DNA from: a virus
Taxonomy: Duplodnaviria > Caudoviricetes
Direction: 5' to 3' (one strand)
Virus record (IMG/VR): IMGVR_UViG_3300027996_003878
Length of the DNA stretch: 64,000 nucleotides
The notes beneath the pieces were generated by a model, which did not search any database, was not told where the DNA came from, and saw only the letters and a list, made by a program, of their open reading frames with translations. Of this stretch, positions 1-9,300 are shown piece by piece; the first letter of the stretch is position 1, and every line of letters starts with the position of its first letter. The position numbers were made by a program, and so were the translations under genes.

Positions 1-141
1 ACAGCCGGTTGGGAAGACTATGAAAAGAAGTATCTTAAACAAATTGAAGATGAAGGGTTTGACAGTATTAAGCTAGATGACGATTGGATAATATTCGAAC
101 CAAGCAGAGTTAAAGTAATTGAAATTGAAAAAAATTTTTAA
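1..141 (+). CDS. Partial CDS (3' end), possible ART-PolyVal-like C-terminus
   Basis: Frame 1 is open from the window edge to TAA at 139-141: ...LKQIEDEGFDSIKLDDDWIIFEPSRVKV, resembling the GYDGI...VVFDPxQIK ending of polyvalent-protein ART domains. Confidence 0.45.
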   Translation, partial: TAGWEDYEKKYLKQIEDEGFDSIKLDDDWIIFEPSRVKVIEIEKNF

Positions 142-149
142 AGGACATT

Positions 150-1205
150 ATGAAACGCCAAAACATACTTATAAATTCAATCAGTAAGCTTGCAAGTAAA
201 TTTTTGAAGCTTGCCAAGGCTCCCAGTGGAATTGTTACGTATCATGGTACAAATGCGCGGTTTTTGAATAATATGCTTCAAGAAGGAATTCTTTCAAAAG
301 TACCTCCAGGATCTTATCACAAAGACAAGGCAGTTTATCTAACGAATGACATAAGCCAGGCTGCAAGATACACTCTAAAAGAAGATTTACCCATGATTTT
401 AGAGCTGTATTTATCAACACCGAAGCGGTTAAAAAAAATAAAACATGATTTGCTTGATCGGTATGATTGGGGCGACTTTGAATCAGAATGGCAGGAAGAG
501 CTAATATATTTATCTAAAGATCTAAGTGAAGTTCTAGGAGGCTGGGAAAGAGAGATCGAACAAGCCCTTGTAACTGACAATGAGATTCATGAAATTATAG
601 GTATGAATGTTTACAAACTTATATTATCAATAGCAAGAGAAAATAATTTAAACATTCAAGATGTAAAAAATAAACTTAAAAAACTTCCAAAAAGTGATCC
701 AAATAATTTCTTTTTTTACATATCACATGATGGTACGCTCCAACCTACCAAATATTATTATGATTGGATGCACCAAATGAAGTATCCAACCACATTGCCT
801 CCTTCTGTTATAAAATATGTTTGGCTGCCTGAACGTAATTTAAAAAATGAGCATAAAAATAATGCGCTAAATGCCAATCAAATCTATAGCAACTATTTGC
901 CGGGCGATTTGGACCACATAAGAAGCTCCATAGAAAATGCATTTAAGGGTATCTATGGCACGGAGACGAGCGAGGAGGACAAAGAGCGCTTGTTAGTCGA
1001 TTTAAAAGATATAAATGATGATTTTAAAGATTCAACTAAAGAGCTGTTAGAGGAAGTTAAAGGCACGGCTCCTGAGGAATTGAGCGATATTGATTATTAT
1101 GAATTTATTCCTCAGGAAGGCGAGCAGGCTCTAAGCGACAATTACCTTAGATTTGACATTGATTATGTCAAATCTAAGGGAATAAGCTCAATGTTAAAAA
1201 GCTAG
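150..1205 (+). CDS. ADP-ribosyltransferase-like domain protein with N-terminal shared peptide
   Basis: YHGT...MLQEGIL...AVYLTNDISQAARY is an ART-fold pattern; preceded by ISKLASKFLKLAKA. Confidence 0.6.
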   Translation: MKRQNILINSISKLASKFLKLAKAPSGIVTYHGTNARFLNNMLQEGILSKVPPGSYHKDKAVYLTNDISQAARYTLKEDLPMILELYLSTPKRLKKIKHDLLDRYDWGDFESEWQEELIYLSKDLSEVLGGWEREIEQALVTDNEIHEIIGMNVYKLILSIARENNLNIQDVKNKLKKLPKSDPNNFFFYISHDGTLQPTKYYYDWMHQMKYPTTLPPSVIKYVWLPERNLKNEHKNNALNANQIYSNYLPGDLDHIRSSIENAFKGIYGTETSEEDKERLLVDLKDINDDFKDSTKELLEEVKGTAPEELSDIDYYEFIPQEGEQALSDNYLRFDIDYVKSKGISSMLKS

Positions 1206-1320
1206 TCTATAAAATTCAACAAATGATTAAGAATTAATAATACAAAGAAGAAGAATAATAGAGTTAACTTAAAAATCACATATATATACAAAAAAAAGTA
1301 TATTTCAAGAGGAAGAAAAA

Positions 1321-1971
1321 ATGAAAAAATCTTCAGTGAAAAAAATTGAAAGCAATAAAGTCCACAAGCTGGCGGTAAAATTTGAAAGAAAGATATTTAA
1401 AATATCCACTCAAGAGCAGATTAGAATTTATAGAGCACAGCCTGCTTGGACAACCGATCTAGAGTCGGATTCATATGTAACTAAATCAAGAAAATTTGCA
1501 CTTGATCACGCTATAACATCCTCATTATATAATGACACTGATTTTTGCATAATTATGGCGAAAGTTAACAAAGACCAAATTGAAGAGGCAAATAATCCTG
1601 GTGAATATATTTACAAGGGCGGCAAGATTAAGGCAATTCCAATTCAAGCCATTAACTCTGAGGGCGATGTGATGCCTTATTCAAAATGGTTGGAAAATGA
1701 TGAGGTTGTGCTTTATCATAGAACAAGCCCGGAAATTGCTGAAGAAATAAATAGAAGCGGAGAATTTAAATCAAAAATTAAAACAAACCTTGGAAAAGAG
1801 CTTTATTTCAGCAATCGTCGTGATGGGCAAATATCTGGATACGGAGAGGGGCTTGTAGTTGTAAAAATAAACAAAAAATATTTAAATTTAGATGATCAGT
1901 TTTCAAGTGGCGAAAAGCATTACATGATAACCTTGAATGATTTTAATAATTATGGAAAAGTAGTCAGTTAA
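1321..1971 (+). CDS. Tandem ART-like domain protein with N-terminal shared peptide
   Basis: Domain 1: IYRAQP...YVTKSRKFALDHA...GEYIY. Domain 2: LYHRTSPEIAEEI...LYFS...GYG...LDDQFSSGEKHY. N-terminus KVHKLAVKFERKI. Confidence 0.55.
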   Translation: MKKSSVKKIESNKVHKLAVKFERKIFKISTQEQIRIYRAQPAWTTDLESDSYVTKSRKFALDHAITSSLYNDTDFCIIMAKVNKDQIEEANNPGEYIYKGGKIKAIPIQAINSEGDVMPYSKWLENDEVVLYHRTSPEIAEEINRSGEFKSKIKTNLGKELYFSNRRDGQISGYGEGLVVVKINKKYLNLDDQFSSGEKHYMITLNDFNNYGKVVS

Positions 1972-2055
1972 TTTTATTTCCTTCGATAGGCGGGTAGATA
2001 ACCAGCAAGAATTATCATATTAAAATTTTAATTAACAAAGAATTATTTAAATAAT

Positions 2056-2298
2056 ATGAAGGTCAAGAGTAGAAGCACCTATAAACTTGACCTGCATGGG
2101 CTGACCTATGAAGAGGCTGAAGGGCAATGTCATAAGTTTATCAACAAATATTGGCTATCAAATTGTGAGGGGCAAATAATAACTGGTAATAGCATTTCTA
2201 TGAAAGAAGTTGTAATTAAAATTATTAACCAGTACAAATTAGACTTTCAAGTAGGCTCTTTGAACAATTTTGGAATTATTAGAGTTTGGTTTGAATGA
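2056..2298 (+). CDS. Stand-alone Smr/MutS2-domain protein
   Basis: LDLHG and IITG motifs of the Smr domain. Confidence 0.75.
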   Translation: MKVKSRSTYKLDLHGLTYEEAEGQCHKFINKYWLSNCEGQIITGNSISMKEVVIKIINQYKLDFQVGSLNNFGIIRVWFE

Positions 2299-2342
2299 TT
2301 AGCTATAATTTGTCATTATTTTTATAACCATAAGGATTTTAA

Positions 2343-2738
2343 ATGATTATCAATTGCAATAATATTCTAAATCTTTCAAATGTATTTTTTAAATTAGCAT
2401 CATCAAATGATGATGATGATGCTTTTGTATTAAATTTAAGTGAATATGACTTGAAGGCACTTGACCCTGATAAGCTAGAAGAGGGAAAGAAAGAATATAG
2501 AATAACGGTTACACCAGAAGAGTTAAGTCAATATTTGGAAAAATCGATGAGCGACAACAATTTGTCGCCTGTCGGCGTTCGAATTATGGAACAAGTCCCA
2601 GATCTAAAAGAATTTAATAAGCTTTTAGAAAAAGCAATAAGCAATAAAGAAGAAGAAAAGGAAAAAGCAAAAGACCTACTTTCGGAAGAGCTTAGCGATC
2701 AAGAGTTCCAAGAAAGCCTAAGAAAATTTTTATTTTAA
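2343..2738 (+). CDS. Hypothetical acidic protein with N-terminal shared peptide
   Basis: 131-aa ORF; ILNLSNVFFKLASS. Confidence 0.65.
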   Translation: MIINCNNILNLSNVFFKLASSNDDDDAFVLNLSEYDLKALDPDKLEEGKKEYRITVTPEELSQYLEKSMSDNNLSPVGVRIMEQVPDLKEFNKLLEKAISNKEEEKEKAKDLLSEELSDQEFQESLRKFLF

Positions 2739-2742
2739 GAAA

Positions 2743-2889
2743 ATGGTAAAACAATTAATAAAAGAAATTAAAAAGCGTCTTGTTGATTATTGGACTCTCA
2801 ACATTACAAGCGCTGATTTTGTAATAATAATGGTGGTTAAGTTAATATTTTTCTCTGCCGGATTCTTAACTTGCCATTTATTTTTTTAA
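2743..2889 (+). CDS. Small membrane protein (48 aa)
   Basis: Read manually: MVKQLIKEIKKRLVDYWTLNITSADFVIIMVVKLIFFSAGFLTCHLFF; one hydrophobic helix; fills the intergenic gap. Confidence 0.45.
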   Translation: MVKQLIKEIKKRLVDYWTLNITSADFVIIMVVKLIFFSAGFLTCHLFF

Positions 2890-2905
2890 TTTTTAAAGGG
2901 CCTTA

Positions 2906-3229
2906 ATGTATGAATACAAAGCGGTTGTAATTAAAGTTTATGATGGGGATACTGTAACAGTCGATGTTGATTTGGGGTGGTCGGTCGTGATTAAAAAACA
3001 AAAAATAAGATTACTAGGTATCAACGCGCCAGAGGTTAGAGGCAAGTCAAAGCAAGCAGGAAAAGAGTCTCGCGATAGACTTAAAGAAAAAATTCTAGAT
3101 CAAGAAATAACTCTTAAAACCTTTAAAGATAAGAAAGGTAAATACGGTAGATGGCTTGGTATAATTATACTAGATGATATGAATATTAATGATTGGATGG
3201 TTGAGAACAACCTTGCTGTAAAGTATTAA
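2906..3229 (+). CDS. Thermonuclease (SNase-like) family protein
   Basis: VYDGDTV, IRLLGINAPE and KYGRWLG motifs. Confidence 0.85.
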   Translation: MYEYKAVVIKVYDGDTVTVDVDLGWSVVIKKQKIRLLGINAPEVRGKSKQAGKESRDRLKEKILDQEITLKTFKDKKGKYGRWLGIIILDDMNINDWMVENNLAVKY

Positions 3230-3253
3230 ATTGTAATATTAAAACATTTATTT

Positions 3254-3631
3254 GTGATGAATAAAAGATTAGATCAAGCAGCACATAAAATCAATTTAAA
3301 GCTCACAAAAAGAGCCCAGGACCTTTTTTCTGAATTCAAAAAAACCGTTGATAGGCGCGGTAGTGACGAATATGACTTTAGTAATGGATTTAGCGCCTTA
3401 GTGACACGTCCATTCAAAGGGACATCCCTTGAAAAAGAGCTAAAGGGCATCTACGAGCTAGAAATATTTTCAAATGGCGACAAATGCAATGACAATGACT
3501 GCGAAGTAATAAAAGAAAATGTAATAACACCATTTTTAGAAAAATCAACTGATCCAACTGTTTATAAATTGCAATATTTAGACTGGAATGAAGTATCAAA
3601 GCTTCTTCTTTCAATACAAAGTCAAGATTAA
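3254..3631 (+). CDS. Hypothetical protein with a variant of the shared peptide
   Basis: 125-aa ORF; LDQAAHKINLKLTKRAQ. Confidence 0.6.
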   Translation: MMNKRLDQAAHKINLKLTKRAQDLFSEFKKTVDRRGSDEYDFSNGFSALVTRPFKGTSLEKELKGIYELEIFSNGDKCNDNDCEVIKENVITPFLEKSTDPTVYKLQYLDWNEVSKLLLSIQSQD

Positions 3632-3648
3632 AAAGATTAAAGGCACAT

Positions 3649-4314
3649 ATGTATAGTTTTGATAAGTTTTTAAAAAAATTACAAGAAGACACTCCTAAAT
3701 TTAATATTAAATATAAGAATGAATCTAAATTCATGAAATTTTTAGGCGCTTTGTTATTTTTCAACAAAGGCTTTATGACAAAGTACGTAACTACCATTGG
3801 CAGTACTGTATATTATCCTGATAAATTATTTATTGAAAAGGAGAAGGTGGCTATAGAAATTTTAGCTCATGAGTTTGTTCATACAAAAGATTCTAACAAA
3901 TCATTTTCGTTTAGTCCTTTGTATCTTTTTCCCCAAATTTTAGCACCTTTTATGTTGTTTTTTATGTTTGCTTCAATTTGGCTGGGTTTGGGTTTATTTG
4001 TTCTTTTCATATTACCATTACCGGCGCCTTTTAGAATGCATTATGAGGTACGGGGTTATACAATGTCTCTTTTTATGATAAATAAATTTTTGGTTGATCA
4101 AAATAAAGACCAGGAAGAGAGAAGAAAAGTTTTATATGATATCGCAGGCAATATAAATAAAAACTTTACCTCATTTGCTTATTACTTAATGTGGCCATTT
4201 GGTGTCACCAAAAAATTAAAACAAAATATTGACAAAATAGTAAGTAATAAAATTTTAGAAGAAGACCAAAATTATAAGTTAGCCGAAGTCGCGTTTAATT
4301 ATTGCAAAGAGTAA
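3649..4314 (+). CDS. Membrane-associated HExxH (zincin-like) protein
   Basis: ILAHEFVH, a hydrophobic segment, then a downstream E in HYEVRGY. Confidence 0.6.
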   Translation: MYSFDKFLKKLQEDTPKFNIKYKNESKFMKFLGALLFFNKGFMTKYVTTIGSTVYYPDKLFIEKEKVAIEILAHEFVHTKDSNKSFSFSPLYLFPQILAPFMLFFMFASIWLGLGLFVLFILPLPAPFRMHYEVRGYTMSLFMINKFLVDQNKDQEERRKVLYDIAGNINKNFTSFAYYLMWPFGVTKKLKQNIDKIVSNKILEEDQNYKLAEVAFNYCKE

Positions 4315-4317
4315 TCT

Positions 4318-4761
4318 TTAAAGGTTATCTAGGCTGTCTTCAACATCTTCAATGCAACCTGCAATGCATTCGGTAAAGCCGTCCGGTCCTCCCAGACAGC
4401 TTTCCTTATACTTAACCTCATCTTTGACACAAGATTCCGTTATATTAAAACACTGTCTAATTTTTTGGGCGCAAGAGTTAGCCATGTCGCCACATGCATT
4501 TCTGCAATCATCTTCACTGGCACATGTATACATCTCTTCGCACCCTTGGCAGGAATGATTGCAGCTATTGGCATTATCAAAGCACTTTTCTAAATCATTA
4601 AAGCATTGATCGCCTTCAGGGCACTTATGCTCGGCTCCTAAGCATAAATTATTTATTTCATTACATTCCCTTATACAGCCTGAAGTATCGGGAAAGCTTA
4701 AATTAAAAGAACATCCGGTAGTTAATATAATATAAATAGTAAGAATTTTTTTTATATTCAT
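4318..4761 (-). CDS. Cys-rich putative lipoprotein
   Basis: Signal peptide with lipobox-like TTGC; numerous CxxxC repeats. Confidence 0.65.
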   Translation of the reverse strand: MNIKKILTIYIILTTGCSFNLSFPDTSGCIRECNEINNLCLGAEHKCPEGDQCFNDLEKCFDNANSCNHSCQGCEEMYTCASEDDCRNACGDMANSCAQKIRQCFNITESCVKDEVKYKESCLGGPDGFTECIAGCIEDVEDSLDNL

Positions 4762-4892
4762 AGATCCTTATTTTTTTTGAGTTTTTACCTTCTTACCTTA
4801 ATAATTTGTGATTTATAAAAAACAATCACTCGATAAAAAATAATATTAAACAATTGTTATATTTAATATTGGGGCTTTAAATAAAAAAAATT

Positions 4893-6002
4893 ATGTTATA
4901 TAAAAATTTAATCTGGCTATTAATTATTATTTCTTTTGCTATAAATTGCGCTTCTGGGGGCGAAGAAGGTGAAAATCTTCAGTCAGAGAGCGCGGGAGGG
5001 AATTCGGGAGCAAGTGAGCCTGGGTTTTATTTTGAGGACCCGGATGAGGAGCCGCCTCCTTTGATATCAGAAGTTGACGATCTTTGCTTTGTAGAAAAGA
5101 TTGAAAGCACTTTAGCTAATTATGACATCATCATATTGCTTGATAGATCCGGCAGCATGGATTCCCCTTACAGATGGCAGGTTGTTATAAATTCTCTAAA
5201 TATTTTTTTTGAAAACAAGCAATCCGAAGGACTAAATATTGGATTGAACTTCTTCCCTCCAGAGCCCATATATGACGAAAATTTAATTATAAAATATGAA
5301 AAAGATCAATGTGATCCAAATAGCTATTCTCCAACTCATGTGCCACTTGACTCACTTCCACAGCATGTCAGCACTTTAAAAGATGCATTGCTTAATGCGT
5401 CACCTGAGGGAGACGCAACTCCCTTGTACGGAGCACTACAAGGCACCTATTTGGCATCAAAGACGCTTAAATCAGCTAGTACAAATGATTCTATTGTAAT
5501 TTTAGCAACAGATGGGATGCCTTCCGCATGCAATACTTCGTATTTAGAAATAACTAAACTTGCGGATGATGCTTATAAAAATGATAACATAAAAACGTAT
5601 GTGATTGGCCTATCAGGCTCCGACTTTTCACTTTTGAATGGAATTGCTTTTGTTGGAGGTACAGAGAACGCCTTTGATATCAGCTCTAACAGCACATTAT
5701 TTTTAGATAAAATGAAAGAAATAAGAAATAGCTTTAAGTGTCAATACAAAGTGTTAGATGATAATTTAGATCTTGCTAGCGGGATAGTTGAATATCACTC
5801 TAGCATTGGCTTTCCCGACTGGTCCATCCCACAAGTAGAAAAAAAATCTGATTGTCATAATACTATGGGTTGGTATTATGACATCAGCTCAAAGCCTTAT
5901 GCGATAGTGTTGTGCGATCAAGTTTGCGATTTAGTAACTAGCGATCCAAATCCTGAAATATACATTGGGTTTCAATGTTTAGAGAGCGATAATTTAAAAT
6001 AA
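4893..6002 (+). CDS. vWA-domain putative lipoprotein, myxobacterial type
   Basis: Lipobox-like AINC; MIDAS DRSGSM, TP and LATDG; KTYVIG; Cys-rich tail GWYYD...IVLCDQVC. Confidence 0.8.
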   Translation: MLYKNLIWLLIIISFAINCASGGEEGENLQSESAGGNSGASEPGFYFEDPDEEPPPLISEVDDLCFVEKIESTLANYDIIILLDRSGSMDSPYRWQVVINSLNIFFENKQSEGLNIGLNFFPPEPIYDENLIIKYEKDQCDPNSYSPTHVPLDSLPQHVSTLKDALLNASPEGDATPLYGALQGTYLASKTLKSASTNDSIVILATDGMPSACNTSYLEITKLADDAYKNDNIKTYVIGLSGSDFSLLNGIAFVGGTENAFDISSNSTLFLDKMKEIRNSFKCQYKVLDDNLDLASGIVEYHSSIGFPDWSIPQVEKKSDCHNTMGWYYDISSKPYAIVLCDQVCDLVTSDPNPEIYIGFQCLESDNLK

Positions 6003-6071
6003 AAGAAGAACAATCGATAGTCAGTACATTTATTTAAAATAAAGGCTTATAAGGATATTTTTATATCTATT

Positions 6072-8996
6072 TTGAAACACTTAAGTCTGATTTTTATTAT
6101 GAATGATTACAAAAAAGATAGCGCTGCGATTCAGTTAAAGAAAAAAATCTCTGCATCAAGAAAGCATGCGATAGAGCTTCATGCAGTAAGTCCCTATAAC
6201 TTTACAAAAGTTGCAGACATCATTGATAGCCTGTCAAAGGCATGGAATTGGATAACAGATCCAGAATTTAGATTGGATTTAAAAAAACTAAATGTAAAAA
6301 CTGTAAAAACTGAGAAGTTAATTAAAGAATTAAAAGATAAAACCAATACTTTACTCAGAGCAATTGATGCTGGCAATTTAGTCGGCTATGACAGCGCCCT
6401 TAAAGAGGTTAAACGTCTATCTACTGAACTAAACCGAGCGACATCTGAGGCCCAATCTATACAAAGAAATATGGGCGAAACGGTTATTGATGAAGTAGAG
6501 CAAAGGTACACAGAAACAAAACCAGTTGATAAGGCTGAACCAAAAAAACCAAAACCAAAGACAAAGCCAAAGACAACGCCAAAGACAAAGGCAAGAGCGC
6601 CCTCAGCGCCGCCTAAGGAGCGCGGGGAGGAGCGCGGGGAGGAGAACGGCGAGAGCATCACCCAAGAGCCAAAGAAGCCCTCAGAGGCGCCAGAGCCACC
6701 TGCAAAGACGGATAAGGAGTCTCCCCAAGAGGAGCAAGATAGCGCAAGTTTAATTCAAGCTATAGATCGTCAAATTGAATCGCTAAAAGAGCCAGAGATA
6801 GTACCTGAAACTAAGCAAAAAATAACAAGAAATTTAAGAAAGAAAATATTAGGACTTTATGCGTTAACTCAAAGAGGTGAGCGTGGCGAAGCTACGGCTG
6901 CTGAAAACGTTCTAAAGACTATCTTGCAAAAGATTAAAACAGAAGATCAGGACATACCACTTCTCGGAAGTTCGATTCCATCTTATGAAGACTTTTTAAA
7001 CCGAGCGCCTTTTTACTTATCGAAAATGCCCGCTCCAGAAAGTGATATCGAAGGAAAGCCTGAGTCCAAAGAAGAGGCCAAAAAGGAGCCGATCAAAAAA
7101 AGAAGAATCGTTCAGCTGCCCATGCCGCCGGAAGAAGCGACAAAAGAGCTTGAGCTGGTGGAAGAAAAAACAATTAAAGAGAACTCTAATGATGGTAATG
7201 TCGAGCTTATAGAGGATGCCTTGAGCAATATTAGTGTTGCCCAGCCGGAAGGTATGTTTGATAATTTTGCAAGCGGACTTAGCGGTAAAGGTTTAAAAGG
7301 AATTAGAGTTATTGGAAATAAACTTATAGGAGACGCAGAAGATCCAAATACGAAAGATCCTATGAGTAGAGGTAAAGATTTAGATGATTACGAAGATTTT
7401 TCAAACAAATCAAGCGGCATTGGATTTGACTACATACTATACTCACCGAAAGGCAACGTAAATAAATTCAATGTTGTGCCATTTTCAAAAAAAGCTATAA
7501 AAATATTGGGAGAGCTGAAAGGACTGGAGAAACTTCAACCATCGGCGGCTTTGGTCATTGAAAAAGAGTTACAGAAAAAAAGCCCAACAAAAGTATCAGA
7601 AAAACCGTCTCAAGAAAAAGAAACCGCTTTTGATGAAGGCAATTACGAAGAACCCGAAGAAGTTGTATTAAAAGACAAAAGTAAAAAAGAAAAAGCTCTT
7701 ACAGAAAAGATAAAGCAAGAATTTGATGACAAAGGCTTAGATGTTCCAGATTGGTTGCTAGATTCTATGAGAATGAGTTCAAAAGTCACAAAGCCATACT
7801 TCCCAACGACTTATAACTTAAATTATTTGATTTTTAAAGCTGAAAAAGATTTTTTTACAGATAAAATACAGAGTGAATTTGATGTCAACAATGCAGACAT
7901 GCCGTCACTGCTTGAACCACTTAACCCAGGCACATCCGTTAACACCAAGGCTAAAGAAAGCGAGTCAGAGGACACTCAAGACGAAGATTCGGCGGAAGAG
8001 TTAAGTGAGGGAAAAGTAAGAAAACAAATGAGAGGCTTGTATTTTAGCAAAGGTAAGACAAAGCAAGATTTTTCAACTACAAAAGAGGATATCAGAAAAC
8101 TTCGTGATGTCGGCATCACTGATGCTGACATTTATAATTTTAAAAAAATACCAGCAAAATCATCGCCTGCATCGGTTCCATATGCAAAAAGATCGGGTGA
8201 AATATATAAATGGGTAGCAAAAACAAAAGCAACAATGTCGGATGCGGAACTTGAGCTAATATTAGATAATGTAAAATCAGAAATATTAAAAGATTCAGAA
8301 AAATATCCAGAATTTAAAGGCCTTAATAGAGAAGCTTTAGATAAGCAGGGCTGGCTGTCTCATTATATAATTAAATCTATAAGAGAAGATCTTCCGATTC
8401 ATTGGAAAGGTAAAGATCAAAACATTGTAAGCGCACAATGGATTTATGGTCTAGCTAATATCTTTTTAAAATTGGCAATGCCCAGATTAAAAGTTGCAGG
8501 CGACAAAAATAAGGCGTCCGAAGCCGATTATATGTATCACGTTACCTACTACAAGGATCTTGGATCCATAGCAGACTCGGGATTGAACCCAGGGGGCGGC
8601 TCCGCTATGGGAAAGGGAGGGCACTCCGGACATAGCCGGGGGCGCACCTTTATGACCGAAAAGGACGGCCTTTCCTTCTGGTTCGGCAGAATGGAAGAAC
8701 ACGCGGAGGCCGACAGCGACGATCCGCTGGGCGAAGGATACGTTCCGGTCTCACTACGGTTCCCGAAGCCCAAGGGCCTGGAGGAGGACGAGGCCGGAAC
8801 CTCCGACGCAATGGCAGAATCTTACTTTCTCGAAGGTTCGGTTCCTCCTGGCGAGGTCGAACTCTGGGATGGTAATTCCTGGATCGCGCTAACCTCCTGG
8901 GAGAGCGTGAACCCGGAGGAATCCTTCGACGTGGACGAGTACGACGGGGAGAAATGGCACATCTTCAAGGGTGATAACCCTCTTTATCCCGGTTAG
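6072..8996 (+). CDS. Large low-complexity protein with C-terminal ART-like module (likely start ATG 6099)
   Basis: 974-aa ORF with K/E/P-rich linkers; C-terminal YHVTYYKDLGSIADSGLNP preceded by IYGLANIFLKLA. Confidence 0.65.
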   Translation: MKHLSLIFIMNDYKKDSAAIQLKKKISASRKHAIELHAVSPYNFTKVADIIDSLSKAWNWITDPEFRLDLKKLNVKTVKTEKLIKELKDKTNTLLRAIDAGNLVGYDSALKEVKRLSTELNRATSEAQSIQRNMGETVIDEVEQRYTETKPVDKAEPKKPKPKTKPKTTPKTKARAPSAPPKERGEERGEENGESITQEPKKPSEAPEPPAKTDKESPQEEQDSASLIQAIDRQIESLKEPEIVPETKQKITRNLRKKILGLYALTQRGERGEATAAENVLKTILQKIKTEDQDIPLLGSSIPSYEDFLNRAPFYLSKMPAPESDIEGKPESKEEAKKEPIKKRRIVQLPMPPEEATKELELVEEKTIKENSNDGNVELIEDALSNISVAQPEGMFDNFASGLSGKGLKGIRVIGNKLIGDAEDPNTKDPMSRGKDLDDYEDFSNKSSGIGFDYILYSPKGNVNKFNVVPFSKKAIKILGELKGLEKLQPSAALVIEKELQKKSPTKVSEKPSQEKETAFDEGNYEEPEEVVLKDKSKKEKALTEKIKQEFDDKGLDVPDWLLDSMRMSSKVTKPYFPTTYNLNYLIFKAEKDFFTDKIQSEFDVNNADMPSLLEPLNPGTSVNTKAKESESEDTQDEDSAEELSEGKVRKQMRGLYFSKGKTKQDFSTTKEDIRKLRDVGITDADIYNFKKIPAKSSPASVPYAKRSGEIYKWVAKTKATMSDAELELILDNVKSEILKDSEKYPEFKGLNREALDKQGWLSHYIIKSIREDLPIHWKGKDQNIVSAQWIYGLANIFLKLAMPRLKVAGDKNKASEADYMYHVTYYKDLGSIADSGLNPGGGSAMGKGGHSGHSRGRTFMTEKDGLSFWFGRMEEHAEADSDDPLGEGYVPVSLRFPKPKGLEEDEAGTSDAMAESYFLEGSVPPGEVELWDGNSWIALTSWESVNPEESFDVDEYDGEKWHIFKGDNPLYPG
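6555..6652 (+). repeat. In-frame 12-bp tandem repeats in a linker
   Basis: CCAAAGACAA(A/C)G x3 at 6555-6590; GGAGCGCGGGGA x2 plus a degenerate copy at 6617-6652. Confidence 0.8.
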
Positions 8997-9074
8997 TCTC
9001 GGGTCGCTTATCGCGGATTCAGGGCATAGCTGATATTTTATGAAGCTGACAAACTAAAGTGAAGGGAATATACA

Positions 9075-9209
9075 ATGAAACTGATCTCATGGCACAAAGA
9101 AACACTAAATAAATTTAAGTCAAAATTTAATTTGACAGATTATCAAGTTGCTTGGATATCTTTCGCTAAAGGAATCGCAGTTGGTCTTTTAATATGCCAT
9201 CTTCTATAG
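9075..9209 (+). CDS. Small membrane protein (44 aa)
   Basis: Read manually: MKLISWHKETLNKFKSKFNLTDYQVAWISFAKGIAVGLLICHLL; GAAGGG RBS upstream. Confidence 0.6.
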   Translation: MKLISWHKETLNKFKSKFNLTDYQVAWISFAKGIAVGLLICHLL

Positions 9210-9300
9210 GCGCTCGTGTGCAATTCGGCTTGCACAGCTAAATAGCCATCCACAAAAGGATGATCAGTTATAAATCTTTTTTTAACCTTAACTTCACTTT

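Noticed and set aside
6194-8773. Short antisense or off-frame ORFs within the 974-aa gene
   Set aside because: They are by-products of low-complexity and GC-rich segments that contain few stop codons.
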